Positions 33,143-43,583 of a stretch of DNA of 64,000 nucleotides are shown one piece after another. Numbering within the stretch: the first letter of the stretch is position 1; each line of letters begins with the position of its first letter. The stretch is taken from the NCBI GenBank assembly GCA_964202905.1, contig CAXNJO010000006.1, positions 64,001-128,000 on the forward strand, written 5' to 3'. Source of the DNA: Polyangiales bacterium. Its GTDB lineage: Bacteria; Myxococcota_A; Polyangia; Polyangiales; JADJQN01. Both the position numbers and the translations under genes were made by a program. The notes under the pieces were generated by a model. That model made no database searches. It saw nothing but the letters and a program-made list of their open reading frames with translations, and was not told the DNA's origin.

Positions 33143-33811
33143 TCAGTACTCGATGAAGGCCTCTTCGACGAGGGTGCCGTCGGGGCGTGGCGTGAGCACC
33201 GCGAAGTGCGCGAGGCCGCCCTCGGGGGCCTGGCCGACCGAGCCGACGTTCACGACCCACACGCCCTCGAGCTGGCGGTGGAACGGGGTGTGGGACGCCC
33301 CGCAGACGACGATGTCGGCCGGGTCGTCGCCGACGAGCGCGTAGACCTCGTCGTCGTCGAGGTCGTGGGTGATCTCGACCGTCGAGTCCGAGGGCGAGCC
33401 GTGCACGACGAGCAGCTCGCTGCCGTCCATGAGGGGCGTGCGCAGCCGCTCGGGGAGCCGCCGCAGCCGCGCGAGGACCAGCTCGCCGACCGCCTCGCGC
33501 GTCTTCGCGAAGAGTTCGACCCGCGCGCGCTCCGTGGCGTTGCGGGGCCGGAGCGCGCCCGGCTCGAAGGTCGCGAGGGCGAGGTCGCTCGCCCCGCGCA
33601 CGAGGCGCGCCTTCGCCTCCATCAGGCGCAGCCACACCTCGAGCGGCGCGTCGCCGCCGAAGAGGTGATCGCCCGCCACGTAGATGTCCGTGATCGCGCG
33701 GCGCCCGAGCTCGCGCAGCACGGCGTCGAGCGCGGGGAGGTTGCCGTGGATGTCCGAGAGGCACGCGAGCGGGCGGGTGGCCGGCGGCGTCGTGGGGGGG
33801 CGTGGGGCCAT
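33143..33811 (-). CDS. Calcineurin-like metallophosphoesterase (MJ0936/YfcE-like) with degenerate metal motifs
   Basis: Motifs SDIHGN, AGD, RGASD (for GNHD), VHGSP, CGASHTP (for GHTH) and NVGSVG. Confidence 0.85.
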   Translation of the reverse strand: MAPRPPTTPPATRPLACLSDIHGNLPALDAVLRELGRRAITDIYVAGDHLFGGDAPLEVWLRLMEAKARLVRGASDLALATFEPGALRPRNATERARVELFAKTREAVGELVLARLRRLPERLRTPLMDGSELLVVHGSPSDSTVEITHDLDDDEVYALVGDDPADIVVCGASHTPFHRQLEGVWVVNVGSVGQAPEGGLAHFAVLTPRPDGTLVEEAFIEY

Positions 33812-33909
33812 GGGCGCGCACTATAGGCTCCGCTCCGCGGGCCGCGCCCGCGCACGTCGCGCCGGCGAGAACTTGGTGGTCTGATGTGCGTGTTTGTACG
33901 CTTCTTCAC

Positions 33910-34383
33910 ATGGATGTCCCTCTCCGTCGCGCGGGTGCGCTCAAGGGGCTGGCCCGCGCGGGGCGTGCGGGGCTGGCGCTCGCGCGCGGCGGCGCGAGGC
34001 TCGAACGCGACGTCGAGGAGGCGCTCTTCGCGGTGGCGGCGGTGCTCTCCGAGGGCGCGGCCGCGCGCGGCGCGGATGGGGCCGAGACGTATTTCGGGAG
34101 CACGATGCTGACCGTGGATCTCACGCGCCTCGAGGCCGCGTGGGGTGGGCCGCTCGACGACGACGCGCGCGCCGAGCTGCTCCGCCGGGCGGAGAACTCG
34201 GTGGGGCTGCACCTGCGCGCGATGCGGCTCGCGCGGCGCGAGGCGACGCACCGCATGGCGGGGCGGGCGCTCGGGACGGTGGCGGTCGAGGTGCGCTTCG
34301 CGTTGCGCGGCGGGGCGTTGTGCGTGGACGTCGATCTCGAGGCGCCGCTCGGGGTATGGTCGCTGCGCCGGAGTCACCCGTGA
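33910..34383 (+). CDS. Hypothetical protein (157 aa)
   Basis: ATG at 33910, GC3-rich codons, GTGA overlap with the next gene. No family recognised. Confidence 0.65.
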   Translation: MDVPLRRAGALKGLARAGRAGLALARGGARLERDVEEALFAVAAVLSEGAAARGADGAETYFGSTMLTVDLTRLEAAWGGPLDDDARAELLRRAENSVGLHLRAMRLARREATHRMAGRALGTVAVEVRFALRGGALCVDVDLEAPLGVWSLRRSHP

Positions 34384-35405
34384 ACGACGACGAAGACAAC
34401 GTCATCCACGTCGCGTTCGGGCCCGGAGGCGGGCGCCGCAGGGCCGCGCAGGGCGTGCACGCCCCCGCGGCGCTGCCCCCCCCGGACGCGGACGACGCGC
34501 CGGCGCCCCGCGAGCGCGGCGCCGACCCCGCCGCGGCTCTCTACGGCACCGCGGAGGCGGCGCGGGTGGTCGGCGTGCCCGAGACGCGGCTGCGGTCGTG
34601 GCACCGTTCGGGTTTCCTCTCGCCGTCCGCCCGCGCGGGAAAGCGACGCCTCTACACGTTTCAAGACTTGATCGGACTGCGCACCGCCCGTGGGTTGCTC
34701 GAGCGCGGGGTGCCGCTGCCGCGGGTGCGCGCGTCCGTCGAGGCGCTGCGGGCCTCGCTGCCGCGCGTCACGCGGCCGCTCGCCGAGCTGCGCGTGGTCG
34801 CCGACGGGCACAGCGTCGTCGTCCGCGGCGACGACGGAGTCTTCGACCCGCTCACGGGGCAGCGCGTCCTCGACTTCGAGGTGAGCGCGCTGCGGGACGA
34901 CGTCGTGCGCGTGCTGCGCGCGGGCGAGCCGCAGCCCGAGCAGCGCCGGGCCGCGTACGCGCACTACCTCGAGGGCTGCCGGCTCGACGAGGAGGAGCTC
35001 ACCTTCGACCGCGCGGAGGCCGCCTATCGGCGCGCGATCGAGCTCGATCCGACGCTCGCCAACGCGGTCACGAACCTCGGGAACCTGCGGTTCCGCCGGG
35101 GCGCGCCGGAGGAGGCCGAAGCCCTCTACGCGCGCGCCCTCGAGCTGGATCCGGCGCAATCGGAGGCCTGGTACAACCTCGGTTTCCTCGCGTTCGAGCG
35201 CGGCGACGGCGAGGGGGCGGTCGGGGCCTTCCGTCGCGCGATCGCCATCGACCCGACGTTCGCGGACGCGCACTTCAACCTCGCGATGGCGCTCGAGGAG
35301 CTCGCGCGGCCGGGCGAGGCGCGTGCGCACTGGGAGGCGTACCTGCGCCTCGACCCGAGCGGTCCGTGGGCGGAGGTCGCGCGCCGTCACCTCCGCGGCG
35401 CCTAG
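34380..35405 (+). CDS. MerR-family HTH + TPR protein
   Basis: MerR HTH YGTAEAARVVGVPETRLRSWHRSGFLSP...RRLYTFQDL, followed by about four canonical TPRs (AYRRAIELDP, AWYNLG, AHFNLA). Confidence 0.88.
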   Translation: MNDDEDNVIHVAFGPGGGRRRAAQGVHAPAALPPPDADDAPAPRERGADPAAALYGTAEAARVVGVPETRLRSWHRSGFLSPSARAGKRRLYTFQDLIGLRTARGLLERGVPLPRVRASVEALRASLPRVTRPLAELRVVADGHSVVVRGDDGVFDPLTGQRVLDFEVSALRDDVVRVLRAGEPQPEQRRAAYAHYLEGCRLDEEELTFDRAEAAYRRAIELDPTLANAVTNLGNLRFRRGAPEEAEALYARALELDPAQSEAWYNLGFLAFERGDGEGAVGAFRRAIAIDPTFADAHFNLAMALEELARPGEARAHWEAYLRLDPSGPWAEVARRHLRGA

Positions 35406-35459
35406 GCGGGCCGGGCCCGTGCGCGGGCACCGCGTCGCGCGTGCGGCGGCGCCGCGGGA

Positions 35460-37289
35460 TCAGCCGGCGGTCGCCGCGAGCTGCTGGTCGACCCACGCGA
35501 GCACCGCCTCGGGCTCGAGCGGCTTGCGGAGGATGGGGCGGTCGACGGTGCGCCGGAAGTCGTCGAGGCGCTCGTTGGCGCCGCCTCCGGACATGAACGT
35601 GACCCGCGCCGCGAGGTCCGGGCGCTCGTGCGCGAGGGCGCCGTAGAAGTCGGCGCCGCTCTTGCCCGGCATCATCAGGTCGCAGAGCAGGACGTCCGGG
35701 TCGGTGCCGCCCCGCACCAGCGCGAGCGCCTCGTCGACCGAGGTCGCGGTGACGACGCGGTGGGAGCGCGCGAGGAAGCGGGAGAGGACCTTCACGAGGA
35801 GGGCCTCGTCGTCGATGAGCATCACGACCCGGGGCGCGGCGGTCGCGGACGCAGCGGGCGGCGCGGGCGCGCGCGGCGCGGCGGCAGCGGGCCGCGGCGT
35901 GCGCGGAGAGGTGGCGGCGGTCAGCGGGCTGGGGGGCGCGCCGCGCGGAGAGGCGGCGGTCAGCGGGCTGGGGGGCGCGCCGCGCGGCGCGGCGGGCACG
36001 GCGGCAGGCTGCATCGGGGGCGGGGCGTCCGGGAGGAGCACGCGGAAGGTGGTGCCCTCGCCGAGGACGGACTCGACCTCGATGCGCCCGCCGTGCGCCT
36101 CGATGATGCGCCGCGAGATCGCGAGGCCGAGTCCGGTGCCGGCGCGCTTGGTCGTGTGGAGCGGGCGGAAGATCTCGCCGAGTTGCTCGGGCGGGATGCC
36201 GCGTCCGTCGTCGCTCACTTCGAGCGCGACGTGTCCCTCGATCGGCGCCGTGCGCACGCGGATGCGGCCGCGACGGTCGCCGCGGTCGGGCATCGCCTCG
36301 GCCGCGTTGACGACCAGGTTGATGACGACTTGGGACAGCTTGCCGGCGTGGCCGAGCACGGGGCCCACCGGGGCGAGCTCGAGCGTGAGCGTCGCGCGGT
36401 CGCGGATGGTGGGCAGCGCGAGCGCCGCGCTCGCCTCCACCACGCGGGGGAGGCTCACCGCCTCGGGCTCGCGCGGCTCGTTCTGCGCGAGGCTGTTGAC
36501 CTCGGCGACGATGTCGCGGATCCGCAGGAGGCCGTCGAGCGCGTCGCGGAGTTGGTCGTCCGCGAGGGCGTCGCCGGGCGCCGCTTCGTGGGTGACCCGG
36601 GTCGGCGTGTCGCCCGATGGCGCGACCGCGAGGAGCGCGCGGCGCTGCGCGCGGAGCGCATCGAGTGACTCGCGCAACCCAGCGAGGTTGGCGAGCGCAT
36701 AAGCCGCGGGGTTGTTGATCTCGTGCGCGACGCCTGCGGCGATGAGCCCGACGGACGCGAGCTTCTCGACCTGCACGAGATCGCTCTTCGCACGGCGGAG
36801 CGCGTCCGAGCGCTCGCGCACCTGCGCCTCGAGGCTGGCCTCGGCGCGGTCGGTCGCGAGCAGCTCTCGCAGCAGGATCACGACGAGCGTCCAGGACAGG
36901 ACGGCGAGCGCGGGCGTGCCGAGGGTGAGGTAGGGAGGCCGCGCGCGGTGCAGGACCGTGTCGACCACGAACGACGCGGCGACGAGCAGGCTCGTGACGC
37001 TCAACGCGCGGCGCGCTCGGCCCTGCCGTCGGCGGATCTCGAGGCCGAGCGTCGCGAAGAGGATGCACACGGCCACGACGCGAAGCGCCGTGGCGCTCCC
37101 CGTGATCCAGGCCGCGTCGCCGAGCGCCTCCATGAACAGGGACGCGTCGATCCAGAGCGCGGCGCCGAGCGCCACGAAGGCGAGGCGCCCTTCGCGCACC
37201 GGTCGTGTCCGGCGCGCCACGAACCACACGAGCGCGCTGAGGATGGTCGTCGTCGCGCAGGCGATGCGCACCGCGCTCTCGAGGGGCAC
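35460..37289 (-). CDS. Membrane-bound hybrid sensor histidine kinase (HisKA + HATPase_c + receiver)
   Basis: About five TM segments; H-box EKLASVG...AHEINNP, N-box NLVVNA, DDGRGI and GTGLGLAIS. Receiver motifs LIDDE, CDLMMP, FMSG and KP. Linker carries a duplicated PRGAPPSPLTAA. Confidence 0.93.
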   Translation of the reverse strand: MPLESAVRIACATTTILSALVWFVARRTRPVREGRLAFVALGAALWIDASLFMEALGDAAWITGSATALRVVAVCILFATLGLEIRRRQGRARRALSVTSLLVAASFVVDTVLHRARPPYLTLGTPALAVLSWTLVVILLRELLATDRAEASLEAQVRERSDALRRAKSDLVQVEKLASVGLIAAGVAHEINNPAAYALANLAGLRESLDALRAQRRALLAVAPSGDTPTRVTHEAAPGDALADDQLRDALDGLLRIRDIVAEVNSLAQNEPREPEAVSLPRVVEASAALALPTIRDRATLTLELAPVGPVLGHAGKLSQVVINLVVNAAEAMPDRGDRRGRIRVRTAPIEGHVALEVSDDGRGIPPEQLGEIFRPLHTTKRAGTGLGLAISRRIIEAHGGRIEVESVLGEGTTFRVLLPDAPPPMQPAAVPAAPRGAPPSPLTAASPRGAPPSPLTAATSPRTPRPAAAAPRAPAPPAASATAAPRVVMLIDDEALLVKVLSRFLARSHRVVTATSVDEALALVRGGTDPDVLLCDLMMPGKSGADFYGALAHERPDLAARVTFMSGGGANERLDDFRRTVDRPILRKPLEPEAVLAWVDQQLAATAG

Positions 37290-37304
37290 GCCGGGCTCCG
37301 GTCC

Positions 37305-40300
37305 CTAGCGTCGGCGCGGGGGCGCGTGTGGCGGTGGCGGTGGCGGTGGCGGTGCGACGGAGCGCAACGCGCCGTGAGGCGGGAGGCCGGGCGGCGGTGG
37401 TGGCGGCGGCGGCGGTGGCGGTGGCGGTGGCGGGGCCAGCGAGCGCGGCGCGGCGCCGGAGGTCGGGCCCGGCGGCGGCGGACGCGAGGCCGCGGGGCGC
37501 GGCGGCAGGGGCGGTGGCGCGCCGGCGGTGGCGCGCGGCGGGGGCGCCGCGTCGAGGACGTCGTCGGCGTCCGCGAGCTCGTCGAGGGCTTCGACGGAGT
37601 CGTCGTCCTCGAGTCGCGCGTCGTCGGCCGAGGCCTCGGGGGGCGCGTCCAGGGTTTCCATGGAGTCGTCGTCGAGGACGTCGTCGAGGGCCTCGACCGC
37701 GTGGAGCGCGTCCGCCGGCGCGTCGCCGAGTTCGTCGCCGAGCTCGTCGTCGAGCGGCTCGATCGCGTCGTCGTCGAGCGCGTCGCGCGAATCGAGCGCG
37801 TGAAGCGTGCCCGGGGGGAGGGCGTCGTGGGCCAGAACCGGGACGCCGAGGGCGGGCAGCGGCGCGAGGAGGCCGGGCTCGAGCGCCGCGGGCGCGGGCG
37901 CGCGAGGGAAGCGGAACGGCGGCTCGGCGTCGCGCTCGGCCAATGGGAGGGCGGCCTCGGTCGCGTCGTCGTCCCAGCGCTCCAGCGAGGCGCCCGCGGG
38001 GGGCGCGACGCGCTGCCCGGTCACGCCTTCGTCTTCGTCGTGCTGCGCCGCGTGCGTGTCGGGGTACCGCGCCGCGCGCACGTCGCCGCGCGAGGTCATC
38101 GCGTCGCCGTCCGCTGCGCGCGCGTCGTCGCCCACGGCGCTGGCGTCCTCGGCCTTCGTCGCCGTGGCGTCGGCGGCCGTCTCGATCGGCGATCCGGTCC
38201 GCGACACGGTCGTGGCCTCTGCGGCGGCTCCCGTGGCGGCCTCTGCGTCGGCGTCGTCGGCGGGCTCTGCGGCGGGCTCGTCCCGGAGCGACGCGGGGGC
38301 GGCCGCGCGCGGCGGGGCGCTGGCCCGGGCGGCGCGCAGCCCGAGGAGCGAGTCGTCGTCGTCGTCGGTCGCGGGCCGGCGCAGGCCCTGGCCGAGGCGG
38401 GCGATCGCCTCCTCGGCGTCGGCGTCGCCGGGCACGAGCGCGCGGACCTTCTTCCAGAGGTCGAGGGCCTCGTAACGGTTCTTGAGCGGCCCCTCCCAGG
38501 TCTGCGCGGACTCTTTGAGCAGCGCGGCGCGCTCGGCGGGGTCGCGCGTCGTCTCGAGCGCGCGGTCGATCGCGACGAGCAGGTCTTGGTGGCGCCCGGC
38601 TTGCGCGAGGCAGACGCGCAGCGCGCCCGCGGCCTCGCGGTCTCCGGGGGCGAGGGTGAGCAGCTGCTGGTAGGCCTCGGCCGCCGCGGCGGGCTTCGCG
38701 AGCTCGTTCGCGAGGAGCGACGCGCGGCGCCGGGCGAGCGCGGTGGCGGTGCGCGGGTCGAAGGCCTCGCGCACGAGCTCGGCGAGGTGGGCGTCCAGCG
38801 CGGGGAACTGGCGGCTTCGGCCCGCGAGCGCGGTGAGCTCGTCGAGCACCTCGGCGCTGCCGGGTGTCGCGGAGGCTGCCTGCTTCAGGGCGGCGAAGGC
38901 CCCGCGCTCGTCCTTCAGCGCGGCGTCGAGCAGCCGCGCCGCGCGCGTGAGCAGGCGCGCGCTGTCGGCGGCCTCGGGCGCGCTCTCGGCGAGGCGCTGG
39001 TAGATGGTGACGAGGGCACGGCGGGCGCGCTCCTCGAGCGGTTTTCCCGCCGCGGTGGCCGCCGCGTCGAGCCCGTGCACGACCTCCTCGACGCCCGCGC
39101 CGAGCTCCGGGGAGCGCGTCGCGAGGGCGGCGCCCTGCGCGACGTAGAGCATGGCGCGCTCCCGATCGCGCAGCGCGGACTCCGCGAGCCGCGCGGCGCG
39201 CAGCAGCGTCTCGACGCGGCGCGCGTCGTCCGTCGCGGTCGCCTTGCGGCGCTCGTACACGACGAGGAGCTCTTCGGCGCGCCCGGCGCGGGGCGCGAGG
39301 TGCTCGGCGAGGGCGAGCACGTCGTCGTCCTCGGGCGCGAGCGCGCACGCGCGGAGGGCGCGGTCGAGCGCCGCCGAGGGGTCGCCGCCGCGCTCGTCGA
39401 GCAGCCGCGCGTGCCGCACGAGCAGCGTGACCTTCTGCGTGGGCAAGGAGGCGCGGCGCAGGAGCGTCTCGTACACCTGGCCGAGGCGATCCCAGGTGCC
39501 GGCGAGGGCCGCGAGGCGGTCGACCTCCGCGAGGCGCCCCGCGTCGCCCAGCTCGAGCGCGAACGCGCGCAGGACGGCCTCGAGCGCGCGCAGCGGATCG
39601 CCGAGGTGCGTCTCGAAGACGCCCGCGGCGTCAGCGAAGCGGCGCGCCTGCCCCGCGGGACCGGCGCCTTCGTCCTGCGCGAGGCGCAGGTACAACTCGG
39701 CGAGCCGCTCGCCGCCCGCCGCCGGCAACTCCCGGGCGAGCGCGCGGAGGGCCTCCTCGGCCTGCGCGTCTCCGGCGTCCTCGACGCGCTCGGCGAGCCG
39801 CCGAAACGCGCCGTCCGCGTCGGTGAGGCGGCGCCAGGCGAGGTCGGCCGCGCGCAGCACGAGGCCGCTCACCCCGACATCGTCTTGCTCGAGACCCGCG
39901 AGCGTGTCGAGCGCGTCGACGAGTTCGGGCCAGCGCTCGAGGGCCTCGAGGAGGCGCACGAGGCGCGTGTGCGGGGCCGCGTCGGTGAGGTCCGCGTCGG
40001 CCCACGCGTAGAGCGCGCGGACCGCGGCTGCGAGGTCGCCCGTCCGGTGCTCGTAGAGGTTCGCGAGGCGCTCGGCGACCGGCACGCGCAACCCCGCGTC
40101 CGCCGTCGCGTCGAGTTGCTGCTCGAGCGCTTCGGCGAGGAGCGCGTCGTCGGCGAATTGCTCCGCGAGCGCGACGAGCCGATCGATGGCCGGCAGGTGA
40201 CCGGGCTCGAGGCGCGCGAGGACGTCGCGCAGCAGCGGCACCGCGCGCTCGGGCTCGGCGAGGGCGTCGCGGAAGAGATCCGCGCGCTCGATCGCGACGT

Positions 40301-42803
40301 CGCGGGCCTCGGCGGGCGTGGTCACGAGGGGCGCGAGGCGCGCGAGCAGGGGCTCGAGGCGGGCGGGGTCCCCGAGGCGGCGTGCGCGACGGCAGAGCGC
40401 TCGGAGGGCCTCGTCGTCCTCGGCGACGGCGAGCACGTCCCCCCACGCCTCGGCCGCCGCGTCCTCGTTGCGGACGCGCTGCTCGAGGATGCGCGCGATG
40501 CGCCGGTGCAGCGCGACGCGCACGTCCGCCCGCGGCTCGTCGGCCGCGCGGCCCCGGAGCAGCTCGACGAGGTCGCGGTAGCGCTGCGCGCGATCGAAGA
40601 CGTCGCAGAGCGCGTCGAGCGTCGTGGCGTCGCCCGGGGCGAGGTCGAGGGCCTGCGCGAGGTACTCGGCCGCGCGGTCGAGGTCGCCGAGGTGCTGGTC
40701 GGCGATCGCGCCCATCCGCGCGAGGATCCCCGCGCGCTCGTGCGGCTCGCCGATCTCGGCGTGGTACGAGAGCGTCTGCAGCAGGCGATCCCAGCGCCCC
40801 GCGGCCTCGTCGATGCGCGTCATCCGCGCGAGCGCGTCGAGGTCGCCCGGCTCGTCGTCGAGCAGGCGCGCGGCGACGTCGAACGCGCCCTCGGTGTCCC
40901 CGAGTTGCTCGTCGAGCACGACGATGAGCGTGCGCAGCAGGTCCGGGCGATCGGCCCGCGACGCACGCTCGATGCGCTCCTGGAGCAACGGGACCACCTC
41001 GGCGAAGGCGCCGAGCGTGAGCAGCAGGATGCTCAGCGCGACGCGCGCCTCGTCGTCGTCGGGCAGCCGCTCGCGGAGCTTCTGGTACGCCTCGGCGGCC
41101 GCGGCGGGGTCGCCACGGCGGTCGCGGTGCAGGCGCGCGAGCCGGCGCAGCACCTCGGCGCCTTCGGCCGCGTCGCTGCGCGCGATCGACTCGCGCTCGA
41201 GCACCTGCGCGAGCTCGTCCCAGCGCCCGAGGCGCTCGAGCAGCGCCGCGAAGGTCGCGCGGGCATCCCCGTCCGCCGGGTCGAGCGCGCAGATCGCGCG
41301 CCACGCGTCGATCGCGCCCTCGGGGTCCGCGAGGCGATCGGTGCTGAGCGCGGCGACCTCGCGGAGGCGCTGTTTGCGCGCGTCGGCGCTCAGCCCCGGC
41401 ACGCGCGCCGCGTCGCGGAGGAGCGCGCGCAGCGACTCCCACGCGCCTTCGGTGCGCAGCTCCGCCTCGAGGAAGGCGAGCGCTTCGGGGCTCCCCGGGT
41501 CGAGCTGGAGCAGCTCGCGCGCGCGCTCGGACGCGGCCGCGCGGTCCCCCGAGGCGACGAGCAGATCGATCAGCTCGAGCAGGCGCGACGCGCGCTGCGC
41601 GGGCGGGAGCGCCGCGACCGAGACGCCGAGCGCGCGCGCGACGTCGGCGCTCCGACCCGCGTAGCGGTAGAGCTCCGCGAGGCGTTCGGCGGCGGCCGCG
41701 TCGCCCTGCTCGAGCAGCGGCTCGAAGCACACGATCGCGTCGTCGAGCTGCCCGGCCTCCACGTAGGCCTCGCCGAGGCGGCGCCGCAGCCTCATCGCCC
41801 CGGGCGCGTCCGGCGCGGCGTGCAGGAAGCCGACCCAGCGCACCGGCAGCAGATCGGGGCGGCCGAGCTCGTGCGCGATGCGATCGAGCAGCGCGAGCGC
41901 GCCCTCGTGATCGGGCGCGGCGTCGAGCGCGGCTTCGACGTAGGCCACCGCGTGCTCCGGCGGGACACGCTGCGCCATCTGGTGGAGGAAGTCGGCGGCG
42001 CGGACCTTGTCGGCCGTGCCCGCGGTGCTCGGGCCCCGCTGGTCGGCGCGCCGCAGGAGCATCGTCGCGAGGTCGTGCATCACGCCGAGGTCGCCCGGCG
42101 CCTCCGCGAGCGCACGCTCGAGGCACTGCAGCGCGGGGTCGAGCTCCGCGAGGCGCTCGGCGCGCAGGTGCGCGAGCTCGCGCAGCAGGGAGACGCGCCG
42201 CGTCGGGTCCGGCTCGGCGGCCGCCTCCTGCTCGTAGAGTTGTGCGGCGGCCTTCAGGTTGCCGGCGTTGCGGTAGATCTCGCGTGCCGCGTAGATCGCC
42301 GAGACGAGCTGCGGGTCGAGCTCGAGCGCGCGCCGATAGTGGAGGAGCGCGCGGTCGGGCCGCTCGAAGCGCTGTTCGTAGAGCTCGCCGAGCTGCAGCT
42401 CGACGGCGGCGCTCGCGTGCGCGTCGCCCACGGCGTGCAGCGTCGCCTCGGCCCGGCGCTCGAGCACCTCCGCGAGCCGCCGCAGGTCGCCGAGCTCTTC
42501 GGCGAGCGCCTCGAGGCGCGCGTAGGCGTCGAGGTGCGCGGGGTTGCGCTCGAGGGCGCGCTCGTAGAGCGAGCTGCCGCGCGCACGGTCGCCGAGCCCG
42601 CCGAGCGCGAGGTCGGCGGCTTCGTAGAAGGCCTGCGCCGCGGCGCGCGGATCGGGCGCGCGCGTCGCCCAACCCTCGAGCAGGTTGACGAGGGAGGGCC
42701 AGTCGCCCTGCTGGTGGTAGTGCGCGCGCAGCGCGACGAAAGCCGGATAGTCGTCGGGGTTTCGCCGCAGCCGGGCGATCAGCTCGTCCGCTGCCGAGGT
42801 CAT
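37305..42803 (-). CDS. Giant TPR-like alpha-solenoid protein (about 1830 aa) with an acidic region and a polyproline C-terminus (AgmK-like architecture)
   Basis: Dozens of 'LGD..A...Y..AL.L.P.D..AL..L..L' repeats; a D/E-rich segment; P15 and P8 runs; probable ATG at 42803. Confidence 0.85.
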   Translation of the reverse strand: MTSAADELIARLRRNPDDYPAFVALRAHYHQQGDWPSLVNLLEGWATRAPDPRAAAQAFYEAADLALGGLGDRARGSSLYERALERNPAHLDAYARLEALAEELGDLRRLAEVLERRAEATLHAVGDAHASAAVELQLGELYEQRFERPDRALLHYRRALELDPQLVSAIYAAREIYRNAGNLKAAAQLYEQEAAAEPDPTRRVSLLRELAHLRAERLAELDPALQCLERALAEAPGDLGVMHDLATMLLRRADQRGPSTAGTADKVRAADFLHQMAQRVPPEHAVAYVEAALDAAPDHEGALALLDRIAHELGRPDLLPVRWVGFLHAAPDAPGAMRLRRRLGEAYVEAGQLDDAIVCFEPLLEQGDAAAAERLAELYRYAGRSADVARALGVSVAALPPAQRASRLLELIDLLVASGDRAAASERARELLQLDPGSPEALAFLEAELRTEGAWESLRALLRDAARVPGLSADARKQRLREVAALSTDRLADPEGAIDAWRAICALDPADGDARATFAALLERLGRWDELAQVLERESIARSDAAEGAEVLRRLARLHRDRRGDPAAAAEAYQKLRERLPDDDEARVALSILLLTLGAFAEVVPLLQERIERASRADRPDLLRTLIVVLDEQLGDTEGAFDVAARLLDDEPGDLDALARMTRIDEAAGRWDRLLQTLSYHAEIGEPHERAGILARMGAIADQHLGDLDRAAEYLAQALDLAPGDATTLDALCDVFDRAQRYRDLVELLRGRAADEPRADVRVALHRRIARILEQRVRNEDAAAEAWGDVLAVAEDDEALRALCRRARRLGDPARLEPLLARLAPLVTTPAEARDVAIERADLFRDALAEPERAVPLLRDVLARLEPGHLPAIDRLVALAEQFADDALLAEALEQQLDATADAGLRVPVAERLANLYEHRTGDLAAAVRALYAWADADLTDAAPHTRLVRLLEALERWPELVDALDTLAGLEQDDVGVSGLVLRAADLAWRRLTDADGAFRRLAERVEDAGDAQAEEALRALARELPAAGGERLAELYLRLAQDEGAGPAGQARRFADAAGVFETHLGDPLRALEAVLRAFALELGDAGRLAEVDRLAALAGTWDRLGQVYETLLRRASLPTQKVTLLVRHARLLDERGGDPSAALDRALRACALAPEDDDVLALAEHLAPRAGRAEELLVVYERRKATATDDARRVETLLRAARLAESALRDRERAMLYVAQGAALATRSPELGAGVEEVVHGLDAAATAAGKPLEERARRALVTIYQRLAESAPEAADSARLLTRAARLLDAALKDERGAFAALKQAASATPGSAEVLDELTALAGRSRQFPALDAHLAELVREAFDPRTATALARRRASLLANELAKPAAAAEAYQQLLTLAPGDREAAGALRVCLAQAGRHQDLLVAIDRALETTRDPAERAALLKESAQTWEGPLKNRYEALDLWKKVRALVPGDADAEEAIARLGQGLRRPATDDDDDSLLGLRAARASAPPRAAAPASLRDEPAAEPADDADAEAATGAAAEATTVSRTGSPIETAADATATKAEDASAVGDDARAADGDAMTSRGDVRAARYPDTHAAQHDEDEGVTGQRVAPPAGASLERWDDDATEAALPLAERDAEPPFRFPRAPAPAALEPGLLAPLPALGVPVLAHDALPPGTLHALDSRDALDDDAIEPLDDELGDELGDAPADALHAVEALDDVLDDDSMETLDAPPEASADDARLEDDDSVEALDELADADDVLDAAPPPRATAGAPPPLPPRPAASRPPPPGPTSGAAPRSLAPPPPPPPPPPPPPPPGLPPHGALRSVAPPPPPPPPHAPPRRR

Positions 42804-42958
42804 GGGCGGCGCCGAAGGTATCACGGAACCGCGCGTGTCTGCGCTGTTTGCGCGCCGCGCCGCGCGCATTTCCCGCGCGCATCCGGCCGCGTGTGGCCGG
42901 CGCGACGGCGGTGGATTTCGACGGGGCCGCGCGGGGCGGTGGTACTAGAGTCCGCACC

Positions 42959-43558
42959 ATGCCCGAGCAAACTCCGCCCCTCCACGACCCCTTCGCGCGG
43001 TTCGACGCAGCGCTCGCGCGCGCGCGAGCCGTCGAGCCGAACGACGTCACCGCCGTCGCCCTCGCGACCGCGACGCCCGCGGGGCTCCCCTCGCTCCGCT
43101 ACGTGCTGCTGAAGGGCGTCGACGCCCGGGGCTTCGTCTTCTACACGAACCGCGAGAGCCGCAAGGGGCGCGAGCTCGCGGCGAACGCGCACGCGGCGCT
43201 CGCGTTCCTGTGGCCCACCGTCTACGTGCAGGTGCGCGTCGAGGGGGCGGTCGAGCAGGTCGACGACGCGGAATCCGAAGCGTATTTCGCCTCGCGTCCG
43301 CGGGGGAGCCAGCTCGGGGCGTGGGCGTCGCAGCAGAGCCGCCTGCTCTCGTCGCGCGAGGCGCTCGCGCAGGCCGTCGAGGACTTCGACCGCCGCTTCC
43401 CCGAGGGCAGCGTGGTGCCGCGTCCGTCGCACTGGGGCGGCTACCGGCTCCTGCCGACGCGCATCGAGTTCTGGCAGGGCCGCGACAGCCGCCTGCACGA
43501 GCGTGACGTCTACCTGCGCGAGGGCGAGGGGTGGCGGATCGAGGCGCTCTACCCCTGA
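42959..43558 (+). CDS. pdxH: Pyridoxine/pyridoxamine 5'-phosphate oxidase
   Basis: Motifs [47 protein letters not shown] and [14 protein letters not shown]. Confidence 0.96.
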   Translation: MPEQTPPLHDPFARFDAALARARAVEPNDVTAVALATATPAGLPSLRYVLLKGVDARGFVFYTNRESRKGRELAANAHAALAFLWPTVYVQVRVEGAVEQVDDAESEAYFASRPRGSQLGAWASQQSRLLSSREALAQAVEDFDRRFPEGSVVPRPSHWGGYRLLPTRIEFWQGRDSRLHERDVYLREGEGWRIEALYP

Positions 43559-43583
43559 AGGCGCGGCCCGCTGCGCCGGCGCG

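Noticed and set aside
35905..35990. 33-bp duplicated segment in the hybrid kinase
   Set aside because: It is an in-frame Pro/Ala linker duplication between the HATPase and receiver domains, which is ordinary linker expansion.
36723..43112. 2129-aa plus-strand ORF (also 45824-52660, 5840-8245, 2240-4987, 20465-24259, 30228-33821, 56349-59831 and similar)
   Set aside because: These are antisense or out-of-frame shadows of real genes. At this GC content stop codons are rare; the products are Arg/Ala/Gly low-complexity with no motifs, while the opposite frame has clear family signatures.
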